Shown: positions 1 to 12,756 of the stretch, in pieces
Numbering within the stretch: position 1 is the first letter of the stretch
How the letters are laid out: every line of letters begins with the position of its first letter
Source: Actinomycetes bacterium
Lineage (GTDB): Bacteria > Actinomycetota > Actinomycetes > JAHEKZ01
NCBI GenBank assembly: GCA_024644345.1
Contig: JAHELE010000003.1
Location: 1,288-65,287 of the forward strand
DNA length: 64,000 nt
Direction of reading: 5' to 3'
Position numbers and translations under genes: made by a program
The notes under the pieces: generated by a model
The model's input: only the letters and a program-made list of their open reading frames with translations
Told to the model about the DNA's origin: nothing
Databases searched by the model: none

Positions 1-266
1 GACGCCAGTCGTCGGCCCTGCGGACGCTCGGGCTGGACGCACGCCGACCACCCCTTGAGCTCGCCCGCACTGACCCCCAGGCATACAGCGAGGGACTCGC
101 ACGCGCCTCCCACGCGGCAGAGCTGCTCGATCCGGCCGGTCTCGGCTCGTTCTGGTGGTTGATGCAGCCCAAGGCATGCGGCCCGGTCTTTGCCGGCTTC
201 AACTGGTCCTAGATCAGGGAGCTGAAGGCCCTGGTCGGGCGGCGGCAACTGACCCAGGGTGTTGAT

Positions 267-2855
267 GTGGGGATCATGCCGAACGACCCGCTCAACGGTC
301 TCACCGAAGCTGAGGCTGTCGAGCGTCGCGCCACATACGGAGACAATCGGCTCCCCCCGGCGCCATCGGTCCCTGCCTGGCGACGACTCGCTGCTGAGCT
401 GACTCACTTCTTCGCCCTTCTGCTCTGGGTCGCGGCACTCCTGGCCTTGATCTCGGGGCTGCCTGAACTCACCGCGGCGATCGCCCTGGTCGTGGTGATC
501 AATGCGCTCTTCGCCTTCGCTCAGGAGCGAAGGGCCGAGCATGCCGCTGCGGCGATGCAGGACATGGTCCCGCACACTGTCCGCGTACGACGAAGTGGCG
601 AGCTGCGCCAGTTACCCGCGGCCGATCTGGTGGTGGACGACGTCGCCTTGCTCGCCGCCGGGGATCGAGTGCCCGCAGACGGAGTCGTGGTCGAAGCACA
701 TTCACTAGAGCTCAACACGTCGATCATCACCGGCGAGAGTGTCCCCGTTGTCGCCGACGTCGGTGACGACCTGACCGGCGCAACCTTTGTGGTCCAAGGC
801 CAAGGTCTGATGCAAGTCACCGCCGTCGGAACTCATACCCGTCTCGCCAGCCTCGCCGACCTCACCCGGTCCGTTACTCGACCCGCCAGCCCTCTTGCGC
901 TCGAGATGCGGCGCGTCGTCTGGACCATCGCCACGATCGCCATTGCTACGGGAGTCGTCTTCCTCGTCGCTGCGCTCGTGGCCCGGTCCGACCTGCAGAA
1001 CGCCGTCACGTTCGCGATCGGGGTGACCGTTGCACTGGTACCTGAGGCATTGCTGCCAACAGTCACACTGTCACTTGCACTTGGTGCGCAGCGGATCGCT
1101 AAACGCCATGCGGTGGTCCGACATCTCGAGTCGGTAGAGACGCTGGGGTCTGTCACTTTCATCTGCACCGACAAGACCGGCACGCTCACCCGAAACGAGA
1201 TGCAGGTAGTTCAGGTGTGGACCCCACTCGGTTCGGTGCAGATCGAGGGAGACGGGTACGCGCCAACAGCAACGATCGTCGGATCCTTGGAAGCCCGCGA
1301 GGCAGCCGGGGAAGTCGCGCTCACGGCCCGCGTCTGCTCGAGCGGTGAGGCAGTGGAGAAGGACCAATCGTGGATCGCTCAAGGTGATCCAATGGAGGCC
1401 GCCATCGACGCCCTGGTGGCTCGGCTTGGACTGTCGAGGCCGTCCTCGCCGAGCCGGATCTTCCCGTTCGACCCACACCGACGCCGGATGTCCGCACTTA
1501 AGGATGGCGAGGTCCTAGTCAAGGGTGCGGCCGACACTGTCCTGCCGGTCTGCCGTGGTGAGGAGTCGACCCTCGCTGCCGTCGGCCAGACAGCTCACGC
1601 GATGGCTTCATCCGGGCTCCGGGTGCTCGCTGTGGCGTCTCGCCAGTGCGGGTCTGATGAACCGCGCGATGCTGTTGAGGCAGAGCGCCACCTCACCCTC
1701 CTCGGTCTTGTCGGGCTGTCCGATCCGGCCCGCCCGGACGCGAGCGTCGCGCTCCGTGCCTGTCGCGAGGCCGGCATCAAGGTCGCCATGATCACTGGCG
1801 ACCACCCCGCCACGGCATGGGCGGTCGCAGAGCAAGTAGGCCTCGCCATGGGGGAGCGCACAGTCGTCACGGGTGCTGAGCTGCCACCCGAGGGCGACCG
1901 CCTCGGCGAGCTACTGGACCACGACGGTGTGGTTGTCGCGCGGGTGACACCTGAACAGAAGCTCGCGATCACCGCTGCCCTCCAGTCGCGGGGTCTTGTC
2001 GTCGCCATGACGGGCGACGGTGTCAACGACGGTCCCGCTCTTCAGGAGGCCGACATCGGGATAGCCATGGGCGCCAGTGGCAGCGATGTGGCGCGCGAGG
2101 CGTCCGACCTGGTTCTGCTCGACGACGACTTCGCCACGATCGTGGCAACTGTTGAGCAGGGACGTGGCACGTTCCTCAACGTTCGTCGGTTCCTGACCTA
2201 TCACCTGTCGGACAATGTCGCTGAACTCTTCCCGCTCGTCCTGTGGGCTCTGTCTGGAGGGGCATTCCCACTCGCGCTGGGCGTCCTGCAGATTCTCGCC
2301 CTTGACCTCGCGACAGACACGCTTTCTGCGGTGGCCCTGGGTGGGGAACAACCCCACGGGCGCGTCATGCGCCGGCCGCCCGTCTCTGGTCGATTGCTGA
2401 ACCAGACCGTCGCACGTCGAGCATTCGGACTACTCGGCCCCACCGAGGCGCTCCTTGCCCTGGCGGCCTTCCTGGCCGTCCTCGTAGCGGGCGGCTGGAC
2501 CTGGTGGTCAGTCCCCGCACCCGCCCTTCTCGCCCAGGCATCTGGCGCATACTTCATCACGGTCGTGACCGCCCAGTCAGCCAATGCTTTCGCCTGTCGG
2601 AGCAGCACCCTGACACCCTGGGCGCTGGGGTGGACCACCAACCGGCTGCTTCTGATCTCGGTCGTCGTCGAGTTCGTCTTCGCCCTCGCTCTGCTCGTGC
2701 TGCCACCGATTGCCGACTTTCTGGGGCAGGCCTCACCCCCGCTATGGGGGTGGAGCATCGCCCTCGCTGCACCGGCGGTGCTCCTCCTGGTCGATGCAGT
2801 CGACAAGAAGCTACGCCTGGTGCGTCACCAGAAGCGCGCGTCATCCGCCGATTGA
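267..2855 (+). CDS. Cation-transporting P-type ATPase (P2-type, Ca2+/Mg2+-like)
   Basis: 862 aa; phosphorylation motif [14 protein letters not shown] actuator motif, hinge [12 protein letters not shown], about 10 predicted TM segments. Confidence 0.9.
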   Translation: MGIMPNDPLNGLTEAEAVERRATYGDNRLPPAPSVPAWRRLAAELTHFFALLLWVAALLALISGLPELTAAIALVVVINALFAFAQERRAEHAAAAMQDMVPHTVRVRRSGELRQLPAADLVVDDVALLAAGDRVPADGVVVEAHSLELNTSIITGESVPVVADVGDDLTGATFVVQGQGLMQVTAVGTHTRLASLADLTRSVTRPASPLALEMRRVVWTIATIAIATGVVFLVAALVARSDLQNAVTFAIGVTVALVPEALLPTVTLSLALGAQRIAKRHAVVRHLESVETLGSVTFICTDKTGTLTRNEMQVVQVWTPLGSVQIEGDGYAPTATIVGSLEAREAAGEVALTARVCSSGEAVEKDQSWIAQGDPMEAAIDALVARLGLSRPSSPSRIFPFDPHRRRMSALKDGEVLVKGAADTVLPVCRGEESTLAAVGQTAHAMASSGLRVLAVASRQCGSDEPRDAVEAERHLTLLGLVGLSDPARPDASVALRACREAGIKVAMITGDHPATAWAVAEQVGLAMGERTVVTGAELPPEGDRLGELLDHDGVVVARVTPEQKLAITAALQSRGLVVAMTGDGVNDGPALQEADIGIAMGASGSDVAREASDLVLLDDDFATIVATVEQGRGTFLNVRRFLTYHLSDNVAELFPLVLWALSGGAFPLALGVLQILALDLATDTLSAVALGGEQPHGRVMRRPPVSGRLLNQTVARRAFGLLGPTEALLALAAFLAVLVAGGWTWWSVPAPALLAQASGAYFITVVTAQSANAFACRSSTLTPWALGWTTNRLLLISVVVEFVFALALLVLPPIADFLGQASPPLWGWSIALAAPAVLLLVDAVDKKLRLVRHQKRASSAD

Positions 2856-4182
2856 TCGTCAGGCGGAAGGGTGGCACTCTCCGGTTGCCCCGGGCCGCCC
2901 AGCCGACGGGCTAATCCGGCCCGCCTCGCCTGCTCCTGACCAATCGTCCTGGCACGGTCCGCCTGTTGATGCAAGGCAACGATCGACACCGGTCCAGGCG
3001 TCGAGTCCACGTGGACGGACGCGAGACCCAGCCGACGTTGCCACGGCCCCTGCACGACACGGACGCTCTGCGTACGGGCGTGCGGTACGACGTCCCATCT
3101 CGGTACCAACCACCCACGCCGTGTGACAAAGACCGAGGAAGTGGAGCCGACTCCGAGGTTCTTGTACTGAAGAGGTGCCCGCCACCGCGCCGCGACCGGG
3201 GCCGGATGCAGCTCGACCGCGAACGGGTCAACCCCAGGCAGCACGCGGTGCAGCACCGCACGTGCCACCGGAAGCGGGGCCACCGGAAGCACCACTGAGG
3301 GGCGCTCCTCACCCTCGCTGCCTCCCGCGGTTCCCGCCACGTTGACCACGACCCGTACCCATCCCCACGGTTTCCACATCAGCGGCCGCTCGATTCGCAC
3401 CGCCTGGACGCGACCCGGGGGGACGGTCTGCGATCGGTGCGAGGTCAGTCCGAACCGAAGTCGAAGGCCATCAGGTGACTGGGCAACCGTGAAGCCGAAG
3501 TACTTCAGGAACTGACCACCGACGACGGTAATGGGTGCGGCGAGCAACAAGATCCCCGTTATCCCGAGCTCCCAGACACCCGCCACACCTGCCACTGCGA
3601 CCACTGCTGGGATCAGGAGCACCAGGACAACGGTGCCCGGCTGCAAGATCAGAGACGCCAGCAGATGAGGTGGTGGCACCTGGACCAAGACTTGCTCTGG
3701 CGCCGTGGAAACTGCCGCGCCCTCCCTGCTACGCATTCCCGCGGCCCGAGCCAGAAGCTCAGCACGAAGCTGCTGCGCGTCATCGAGCGACAAGTAGCGC
3801 AGCGTCGTTCCTTCGGCCGAAGCCCCCGCGACATCGGGACGGAGTTCGGCAAGGCCGAACAACCGGGCCAACAGTGGCTGAGTGACGTCAACTGACTGCA
3901 GACGTGAAAGCTGGACGCGTCGCTCGTTCCGCACGAGCAAGCCAGAGGTGATGCGCAAGTCGCCATCGTCGTCGTAGAAGAACTCCAGCCGCGTCCAGGC
4001 AATGTACGAGTAGAGCCCGACAGCCAACAGGATCAGGGTAATCACAGCACTCGTTCCGAGCCCACCAAAGATGTCGGTGGCCGCGCCGTCGCCCACCACG
4101 AAAATCCCGATGATGAGGACAGGCGCCGCCCGCACTCCTGTGACCAGCGGCGTCACCGGATGGGTGCGACGCGGTGGTGTCA
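2825..4182 (-). CDS. YdbT-like membrane protein with repeated bacterial PH (bPH_2) domains
   Basis: ORF track gives 2825..4636, but the first ~150 aa are Arg/Pro-rich and overlap the upstream ydbS-like gene. The likely start is a GTG overlapping the ydbS stop (GTGA). Two N-terminal TM helices are followed by repeated 'RLEFFYDDDGDLRITSG..' PH-like modules. Confidence 0.6.
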
Positions 4183-4809
4183 CAGGCCAGCGCTCCGCTG
4201 CTCGCCGAGGGCAGCCAGCTGGTCGCGCAGACGTCCCGCGACGTCCGGCGGCAGGCCAGGGATGGTGGCGTCTGTGGTTGCAGCGGCCGTGTGCAGCTGA
4301 ACGGTGGCCAGCCCCAGGTAACGCTCGAGGGGGCCACGGCGGACATCGACCAGCTGCATCCGCCCGTACGGCACCAGCACCAGGCGTCGGAAGAGGATTC
4401 CCGACACGACGAGCAGGTCGTCGTCTCGCTCGGCGTACCCGATGGCCCGAACCTGCCGGCCGATCAGCCACCACATCCAGAGACCGGCCCCAAGACCCAC
4501 CATCAGAGCGATGAACCCCAGCTCGGGGTAGCCACCGACCACCAGGGTCACGACCAGCAGAGCCGTGACCAGTGCCGCAATGCTGATGGAGACGACGCGG
4601 CGACCCGTGGCCAGGCGGGGGTTGACCGGTGTCCACCCACGTTCGTCGGCCACAAAGGGATCGGTGCTCACGTCTAGCAACCTACCCCCCGCGCGTGGGT
4701 GCTCCGGCATGGAAGGATCACCCCGTGACCGAGGATCGGGTGGTGAGCACCGGGGACGGCGTCGTCGCCACCGACATGGTGCTGAACATCGGCCCACAGC
4801 ATCCAGCAA
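4180..4809 (-). CDS. YdbS-like membrane protein with single bacterial PH domain
   Basis: TM hairpin plus a PH-like C-terminus ('[28 protein letters not shown]'). The true start is probably the internal MPEHP.. Forms an operon with the ydbT-like gene. Confidence 0.55.
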   Translation of the reverse strand: MLDAVGRCSAPCRWRRRRPRCSPPDPRSRGDPSMPEHPRAGGRLLDVSTDPFVADERGWTPVNPRLATGRRVVSISIAALVTALLVVTLVVGGYPELGFIALMVGLGAGLWMWWLIGRQVRAIGYAERDDDLLVVSGILFRRLVLVPYGRMQLVDVRRGPLERYLGLATVQLHTAAATTDATIPGLPPDVAGRLRDQLAALGEQRSAGL

Positions 4810-5870
4810 CGCACGGTGTCCTTCGACTCCGACTTGTCCTCGACGGCGAACGCATCGTGTCGGCCGAACCCGTCATCGGGTACATGCACCGGGGCGCCGA
4901 GAAACTCTTCGAGGTGCGCGACTACCGGCAGATCATCATGCTGGCCAACCGCCATGACTGGTTGTCGGCGTTCTCCAATGAGCTGGGCGTCGTCCTCGCC
5001 GTTGAGCGGATGCTCGGGATGGAGGTACCGGAGCGGGCAACCTGGGCACGCACTCTGTTGGCGGAGCTGAACCGCTTGCTCAATCACCTCATGTTCCTCG
5101 GCTCCTACCCTCTCGAGGTGGGTGCGATCACGCCGGTCTTCTACGCGTTCCGAGAGCGCGAGGCCATCCAAGAGGTGATGGAAGAGATCTCGGGCGGCCG
5201 GATGCACTTCATGTTCAACCGGGTTGGTGGCCTGAAGGAAGACCTGCCCAACGGGTGGATCAATCGCGTCCGTACCGCCATGGCCGGCGTGCGCGACCGA
5301 CTACCACAGCTGGAGAACCTCGTGTTCGGCAACGAGATCTTCGCCGCGCGTACCCAGGGGGTCGGCGTTCTTTCAAAGGAACAAGTGCTGCAGTACGGCC
5401 TGTCCGGACCGATCGCGCGCGCGTCCGGCGTCGACATCGACCTGCGACGTGACGAGCCTTACTTGGCGTACGGGGAACTGCAGGACGTCCTGCAGGTGGT
5501 CACGCGCTCCGAGGGCGACTGCTACGCCCGCTTCGAGGTGCTCCGCGGACAGGTGCACGTGTCGATGGATCTAGTCGATACCTGCCTGGACCGCCTCGAG
5601 CAGCTCCCGCAGGGGCCGATCAACCAACGCCTTCCCAAAGTGCTCAAGGCCCCCGAGGGGTACACCTACGCTTGGACCGAAAACCCGCTCGGGTTGAACG
5701 GATACTTCCTTGTGTCGCACGGAGAGAAGACGCCGCACCGCATGAAGCTGCGCTCGGCGTCCTTCAACAACGTGCAGGTACTCAGCGAGATGCTTCCCGG
5801 CCAGCTTGTCGCCGACATGGTGGCCATCCTGGGGTCGATGTTCTTCGTCGTGGGCGACGTCGACAAGTAG
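4629..5870 (+). CDS. NADH-quinone oxidoreductase subunit D (NuoD/49-kDa, NiFe-hydrogenase large-subunit fold) paralog, stand-alone
   Basis: Conserved NuoD N-terminus '[22 protein letters not shown]', '[10 protein letters not shown]', and C-terminal '[26 protein letters not shown]'. The probable real start is the GTG near 4725 (VTEDRVV..). No other nuo genes are adjacent. Confidence 0.8.
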   Translation: MSTHVRRPQRDRCSRLATYPPRVGAPAWKDHPVTEDRVVSTGDGVVATDMVLNIGPQHPATHGVLRLRLVLDGERIVSAEPVIGYMHRGAEKLFEVRDYRQIIMLANRHDWLSAFSNELGVVLAVERMLGMEVPERATWARTLLAELNRLLNHLMFLGSYPLEVGAITPVFYAFREREAIQEVMEEISGGRMHFMFNRVGGLKEDLPNGWINRVRTAMAGVRDRLPQLENLVFGNEIFAARTQGVGVLSKEQVLQYGLSGPIARASGVDIDLRRDEPYLAYGELQDVLQVVTRSEGDCYARFEVLRGQVHVSMDLVDTCLDRLEQLPQGPINQRLPKVLKAPEGYTYAWTENPLGLNGYFLVSHGEKTPHRMKLRSASFNNVQVLSEMLPGQLVADMVAILGSMFFVVGDVDK

Positions 5871-5886
5871 CCAACCCCACCCCCCG

Positions 5887-6065
5887 CCGAGTGCACACCT
5901 GGTTGACGCCTGAGCCCACCGAGTGCACACCTGGTTGACGCCTGAGCCCACCGAGTGCACAGGTGGATGACGCAACTCCGGGCCCGAAGTCGCCACTCGG
6001 CGTCCAGAACTGTCACTCAAGTGCGCACTCGGCGCAAGAAAGTGTCACTCAGGTGTGCACTCGGC
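5887..6065. repeat. Complex tandem + inverted repeat array (33-bp unit x2.5 plus ~30-bp unit x2, GTGCAC-centred)
   Basis: 'ccgagtgcacacctggttgacgcctgagcccac' repeats exactly twice and a diverged third copy follows. Then 'gtcactca[ag]gtg[ct]gcactcggcg' occurs x2. Right-hand units are reverse complements of left-hand 'cgccgagtgcacac'. Confidence 0.7.
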
Positions 6066-6078
6066 GAGTAGGCGAGGG

Positions 6079-6795
6079 TTAGTTGGCGGGGCGGAGCCGG
6101 GCGATCTCGGACGCCGTGAGGTCCAGAATCTGACGCGGCAGCTGTGCCTCGGCCCCCGTTGTCGACTCACGCTGCAGGCCAGGGGATGCCGGACGCGGTA
6201 CCGAGGAGGGCGCCGCCGGCAGGTCGGTCGAGAACGCTGCCCGCACCAGAGGCAGGTGCAGCGACGGGTAGACCGGATCGAATGCCGGGGAACGCGGCAG
6301 CAACATCTGTCGCATCAACGCTCGCTGATCGGCATCATCGCTGGCGATCCGGGCCGCCTCCTGCGAGAGGTGGACCGCTTCCTCACGCATCGTGCGCAGC
6401 TCGAGCAGAATCTCCAGGTGCTGTGCCTTGATCTCGGCCAGCTCTCGATGGGTGTCGGCAACTTCACGCCGCCGCTCTACCGACTCGAGCCACGCTGCCT
6501 GAGCCGCACGCGATGCAGCCCGCGTCGACGTCCACAGAGCGACCAGGGCGAGCACGACGATGCCCGTGACGCCGGCGCGCAGCGCCCACGTGTCGTCGAT
6601 CACCCACACCAGGGCAACGGATGCGATCGCGACCACAAGAGCGACAACCAGGAGCGGGATGGCGGAGCGGGGCGGCTCTGGCTGGGCGTGGCGTCCTCGT
6701 GACATGGATCCAGGGTACGCCGAACGGGTGATCCGCACCGGGTATTGCGGGTCTGCGCGTCCGGTCGGCTCAGGCGGCGGCCGACGAGGGTCCAC
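6079..6795 (-). CDS. Hypothetical membrane-anchored coiled-coil protein
   Basis: One TM segment (LLVVALVVAIASVALVWVI), a second hydrophobic stretch, then a charged heptad-like region (ESVERRREVADTHRELAEIKAQHLEILLELRTMREEA). No recognisable catalytic motif. The start is possibly the internal MSRGRH. Confidence 0.4.
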   Translation of the reverse strand: MDPRRPPPEPTGRADPQYPVRITRSAYPGSMSRGRHAQPEPPRSAIPLLVVALVVAIASVALVWVIDDTWALRAGVTGIVVLALVALWTSTRAASRAAQAAWLESVERRREVADTHRELAEIKAQHLEILLELRTMREEAVHLSQEAARIASDDADQRALMRQMLLPRSPAFDPVYPSLHLPLVRAAFSTDLPAAPSSVPRPASPGLQRESTTGAEAQLPRQILDLTASEIARLRPAN

Positions 6796-7249
6796 CTGGC
6801 TCGTCCTCGTCGTCCTTGATCCGGCAGATGCGCTCCAACCACAGCGCCGTCACGCAGAGGGCAACCCCGGCCGCGGCCGCGGCCAAGCAGATCATCAGCA
6901 TGCGGCGTCGGTAGTCGTTGGCCAAGTCGGTCAGCAGGAATCCCGCGTACCCCAGATAGACCCCCGAGACCGCCGAGCCGGCTCGCGACCCGGCCAACGC
7001 GAGCACCGCGGTCCGTGCGGCGGTGAACGGGTCGAGAGGACGGTGCCCCTTGCGCCGTTCGATCCGCGGACGAAGTGTCCAGGCAGCGACGGCGAATCCC
7101 GCTGCCAGAATCAGGAGGACGAGCGGAGCCGCCCAGGGGACGGCCGGTGGCGACCCGGTCCACAGATCCCAGAACCGGGCACCAAGAAACCCGACAGCGA
7201 ATCCCACGAGGCCGGTAACCAGTAGCAGCCGCCACGACGTCGGACGCAT
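6770..7249 (-). CDS. DUF3180 family membrane protein (folK-associated)
   Basis: 159 aa, four TM segments. Lies immediately downstream of folK as in mycobacteria (Rv3605c position). Confidence 0.65.
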   Translation of the reverse strand: MRPTSWRLLLVTGLVGFAVGFLGARFWDLWTGSPPAVPWAAPLVLLILAAGFAVAAWTLRPRIERRKGHRPLDPFTAARTAVLALAGSRAGSAVSGVYLGYAGFLLTDLANDYRRRMLMICLAAAAAGVALCVTALWLERICRIKDDEDEPGGPSSAAA

Positions 7250-7749
7250 CAGCGGTCACCATCCTCGGAGAACTCATGGACGCCGGTGCCATCGATCGTG
7301 GCAACCCAATCCGAGACGGGGCGACCCTGGACGACGAAGTCAGGGTCGACGTCGGCCCACGGAATCAGCACGAAGGCCCGTTCCAGCGCCCTCGGGTGCG
7401 GCAGCGTCAACGCCGGATCGTCGCTCGATACGTCGTCATACGCCAGAACATCGACATCGAGGGTCCGCGGCCCCCACCGTTCGGTCTGCTCACGCCCAGC
7501 CTCGACTTCACACCGCTGAGCGACGAGGAGCAAGGCCGCAGGTGCCAACGAGGTTTCGAGAACCGCTACGGCATTGAGGAAGTCACCCTGTTCCGGTCCA
7601 CCTACGGGATCGGATTCGTACACGGGCGATACCTCAACGTCCCAGACCTCGGCGGTGCTCCTCAGAGTTCGCAGCGCTCCGCGAAGATGTCCGAGGCGGT
7701 CGCCGACATTCGACCCCAGCCCCAGAGCGGCGTGCACTCGACTGGTCAC
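7249..7749 (-). CDS. folK: 2-amino-4-hydroxy-6-hydroxymethyldihydropteridine pyrophosphokinase
   Basis: 'LGLGSNVGDR', 'DVDVLAYDD', 'LTLPHPRALERAFVLIPWADV' HPPK motifs. Confidence 0.9.
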   Translation of the reverse strand: MTSRVHAALGLGSNVGDRLGHLRGALRTLRSTAEVWDVEVSPVYESDPVGGPEQGDFLNAVAVLETSLAPAALLLVAQRCEVEAGREQTERWGPRTLDVDVLAYDDVSSDDPALTLPHPRALERAFVLIPWADVDPDFVVQGRPVSDWVATIDGTGVHEFSEDGDR

Positions 7750-8108
7750 CGCTCTCGCTCCACCGTGACTGCCACGTCGGAGAACGGCACGCCGACCGGA
7801 GCCTCCGGCTTGTGAACTGTCACTCGCGCCGCGTACACAGTTTCATGGACGAGCATGGCATCGGCCAGGCGTACCGCGAGGGTCTCGATCAGGTCGCACG
7901 GCTCGCCCTGCACGATGTCGACGACTTGGCGGGCCAGCGTGGAGTAGTCGACAGTCTGGGTGAGGTCGTCCGATGCGGCCGCTGCCGACACATCGGTATG
8001 TAGCTCGAGATCGACGACGAACGGTTGTCCCCGCTCGCGCTCGGTAGGCAGGACGCCGTGATAGCCATAGGCCTCGATGCCACGGACGGCGATGACGTCT
8101 GCAGCCAT
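7746..8108 (-). CDS. folB: Dihydroneopterin aldolase
   Basis: 120 aa, 'IAVRGIEAYGYHGVLPTERERGQPFVVDLEL'; 4-nt overlap with folK. Confidence 0.9.
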   Translation of the reverse strand: MAADVIAVRGIEAYGYHGVLPTERERGQPFVVDLELHTDVSAAAASDDLTQTVDYSTLARQVVDIVQGEPCDLIETLAVRLADAMLVHETVYAARVTVHKPEAPVGVPFSDVAVTVERER

Positions 8109-8533
8109 TACTCAGCGTCCTCTGTCGGAACGCCCATGACAGGAGAAGCGTGGTGCAGCCACATTCGCCATCTTCCCTCAATGCGTACAAACCCGTTCGT
8201 CGTGACAGCGTGACTGGAGACGAAGGGATCAGGACCAGCGCCCGGCCGCAGGATGATTTCGGTGCAGTTGACTGTCGCCGTCTCACCCTGCACGAGTGTC
8301 TCGACGTCGGTGAGAATGAACTGCAGATCCTCGGCGTTCGCCATGACAAGGGCCCACGACCTGAGCACAGCCTCAACCCCTCGCACGAACTCGCCGCCCG
8401 GGTGGACGCATCTCGCGAGCGCGCCGTCGGGCCCACCGATCCACAATGCCTCCATCCGGTCAAGGTCGCCTGCCTCGAACGCGGCGTAGAGCTCTTCGTT
8501 CGCTGCGATCAGCAGGTCGCGGTCGCTACTCAT
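8108..8533 (-). CDS. NTF2-like/SnoaL-like (DUF4440-type) small protein inserted in folate operon
   Basis: ORF track gives 8108..8695. The N-terminal 54 aa overlap folP, so the start is probably the ATG at 8533 (MSSDRDLLIAANEELYAAFEAGDLDRMEALW..), a typical NTF2-fold N-terminus. Confidence 0.5.
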   Translation of the reverse strand: MSSDRDLLIAANEELYAAFEAGDLDRMEALWIGGPDGALARCVHPGGEFVRGVEAVLRSWALVMANAEDLQFILTDVETLVQGETATVNCTEIILRPGAGPDPFVSSHAVTTNGFVRIEGRWRMWLHHASPVMGVPTEDAE

Positions 8534-9395
8534 CGTTCCCCGCCGTCCAGGCGTCAGCAACGCGTACGGCGTCCACGTTTCCCCGGGCATCATGTACGCG
8601 AACGCACCATGCGCCCGCAGCTGCAGCGAGTGCTGTGATCGCAACGGTGGCGTCGTCCCTCTGCTCGACGAGCCGGGGCTCACCCCCCACCGCAAGAAGT
8701 TGGCCGAGAAAGCGCTTGCGGGACGCCCCGATGAGCAACGGTTGCCCCAGCGCAGACAACGCGTCCAGCGACTTCAGAAGCGACCAGTTGTGGTCGGCAT
8801 CCTTGGCAAAGCCCAAGCCAGGATCGAGCACGACGCGATCGGAAGCCACTCCGGCCGCGATGGCTGCCCGCAGCCGATCGTTCAGCTCGTCGATGACCTC
8901 GTGGACTACACCCGTCGGATAGGTCGCGTGCTGCTGCATCTCGCGGCTGTGTCCACGCCAGTGCATCAGCACCACTGGCACACCAGACTCGGCGACGAAC
9001 GGCAGCATCGAGTCGTCGGCCTGCCCTCCGGAGACGTCGTTGACGAGCACTGCGCCCGCGTCCACAGCTGCGCGAGCGACCTCTGCACGCATCGTGTCGA
9101 TGGACACCGCGACCCCCTCGCCGACCAGCCTCTCGACGACCGGTAGTACGCGTCCAAGCTCGTCGTCCACCGAGATGCGCTCGGCACCCGGTCGAGTCGA
9201 CTCACCGCCCACATCGATCAGGTCGGCTCCCAGATGCATTTGGTGCAGCGCCCGCTCAACAGCACGTTCGGGATCCAGGAACTCACCGCCGTCGGAGAAC
9301 GAGTCGGGCGTGACGTTGAGAACGGCCATCACCAACGTCCGATGCACCCGTGCCAAGGCGGGCGGCAGGCCGGAGGGAATGTGGTGTGAGGGCAC
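8526..9395 (-). CDS. folP: Dihydropteroate synthase
   Basis: 'VMAVLNVTPDSFSDGG', pterin-binding DHPS fold, 289 aa. Confidence 0.9.
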   Translation of the reverse strand: MPSHHIPSGLPPALARVHRTLVMAVLNVTPDSFSDGGEFLDPERAVERALHQMHLGADLIDVGGESTRPGAERISVDDELGRVLPVVERLVGEGVAVSIDTMRAEVARAAVDAGAVLVNDVSGGQADDSMLPFVAESGVPVVLMHWRGHSREMQQHATYPTGVVHEVIDELNDRLRAAIAAGVASDRVVLDPGLGFAKDADHNWSLLKSLDALSALGQPLLIGASRKRFLGQLLAVGGEPRLVEQRDDATVAITALAAAAGAWCVRVHDARGNVDAVRVADAWTAGNDE

Positions 9396-9433
9396 GTGGT
9401 GAGCCTAGGGGAGGTCCAGGGCGGGGCCAGGCG

Positions 9434-10045
9434 TCAGCGGGAGTCGAGGATCAGAGACATTGCCTCGGCCCGGGTGGCGGTGTCGCGCAGCTGCCCACGC
9501 ACGGCCGAGGTGACGGTGCGGGCACCGGGCTTGCGGACGCCACGCATCGACATGCAGAGGTGCTCGCACTCGAGCACCACGATCACGCCCTGCGGCTCAA
9601 GAATCTCCAGCAGTGAGTCGGCGATCTGCGTGGTCAGGCGTTCCTGCACCTGGGGACGCTTGGAATACACATCCACCAGTCGCGCCAGCTTCGACAGACC
9701 CGTGATGTGGCCAGCCTCGCTCGGGATGTACCCGACATGTGCAACACCGTGAAACGGCACTAGATGGTGCTCGCACAGTGAGTAGACCTCGATGTCCTTG
9801 ACCAGGACCATCTCGTCATGACCGAGGTCGAAGGTCGTGGTGAGGACGTCCTCAGCCCTCAGCCGCAAGCCGGACAGCGTTTCCGCGTACATCCGCGCAA
9901 CCCGCTCAGGCGTGTCACGCAGCCCTTCACGTTCGGGGTTCTCGCCGATCGCCAGCAAGAGCTCGCGCACGGCGGCCGCCGCACGCTCGTAGTCGAAGGG
10001 GGCCGTCACATCGTCGGCAGCGGACAGACCAATGGGGTCGACCAC
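9434..10045 (-). CDS. folE: GTP cyclohydrolase I
   Basis: '[18 protein letters not shown]' active-site motif, 203 aa. Confidence 0.92.
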   Translation of the reverse strand: MVDPIGLSAADDVTAPFDYERAAAAVRELLLAIGENPEREGLRDTPERVARMYAETLSGLRLRAEDVLTTTFDLGHDEMVLVKDIEVYSLCEHHLVPFHGVAHVGYIPSEAGHITGLSKLARLVDVYSKRPQVQERLTTQIADSLLEILEPQGVIVVLECEHLCMSMRGVRKPGARTVTSAVRGQLRDTATRAEAMSLILDSR

Positions 10046-10048
10046 CGC

Positions 10049-12040
<1,992 letters not shown>

Positions 12041-12164
12041 GGCGAGGGCGCCAGCGCCCTGGACCTCCTGCTACGGGGGAAGACTTCGGGCTTCGACGGT
12101 ACACCGCCATGATCAGCCCCGCCCCCACAGCAAGCGATCACAGCCCTACGTTCGCCGCCAGCGA

Positions 12165-12728
12165 TCACCCACCAGGCCGGTACACATGCCTGGCGAGGCT
12201 GCCCACGAAGGGCAGGGAGCGGTACTTCTCCGCGTAGTCCAGGCCATACCCGACGACGAACTCCGGTGGAATGTCGAACCCCACGTACTTGACCTTGGCC
12301 GGGCCTCCTCGACTGGAGCTGTCCTTCTGGGCCTCCGGCTTCCGAAGCAGCGTGCACACCTCGAGCGACGCCGGCCCGCGTGACGAGAGGTTGCGCAGCA
12401 GCCACGACAGAGTGAGTCCTGAGTCAACGATGTCCTCGACCACCAGCACATGACGGTCAGTGAGGTCGGCATCCAAGTCCTTGATGATGCGTACCACCCC
12501 GCTCGACCGCGTCCCCGACCCGTACGAGGAAACAGCCATCCAATCCATTTCCACGCTGGTGTGCAGCGCCCTTGCCAGGTCAGCCATCACCATGACTGCA
12601 CCCTTCAGCACCCCCACGAGCAGCAGCTCCCTACCGGCATAGTCGGCGTCGATCTCAGCAGCCAGCTCGGCGATCCTCGTGCGAATCTGATCGGCATCTA
12701 TCAGTACGGCGGCGAGGTCGTCGCCCAT
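12165..12728 (-). CDS. hpt: Hypoxanthine-guanine phosphoribosyltransferase
   Basis: PRPP-binding motif '[15 protein letters not shown]'. ORF track gives 12165..12824, but the start is probably the internal ATG (MGDDLAAV..) at 12728. Confidence 0.88.
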   Translation of the reverse strand: MGDDLAAVLIDADQIRTRIAELAAEIDADYAGRELLLVGVLKGAVMVMADLARALHTSVEMDWMAVSSYGSGTRSSGVVRIIKDLDADLTDRHVLVVEDIVDSGLTLSWLLRNLSSRGPASLEVCTLLRKPEAQKDSSSRGGPAKVKYVGFDIPPEFVVGYGLDYAEKYRSLPFVGSLARHVYRPGG

Positions 12729-12756
12729 GTCCTTGGCGTCCACAGCGCTCTTCCTC

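Noticed and set aside
1-212. Possible 3' end of an upstream plus-strand CDS ending at TAG 210–212
   Set aside because: Only about 70 codons are visible and they carry no recognisable motif. The evidence is insufficient to call a gene.
2825-4636. 603-aa extent of the ydbT-like ORF
   Set aside because: The N-terminal ~150 aa (4183–4636) are low-complexity and fully overlap the ydbS-like gene in another frame. The GTG overlapping the ydbS stop gives a normal-length YdbT.
5887-6065. Possible CRISPR array
   Set aside because: The repeats are contiguous and of two different unit types with inverted copies. There are no unique spacers of regular length and no cas genes anywhere in the window.
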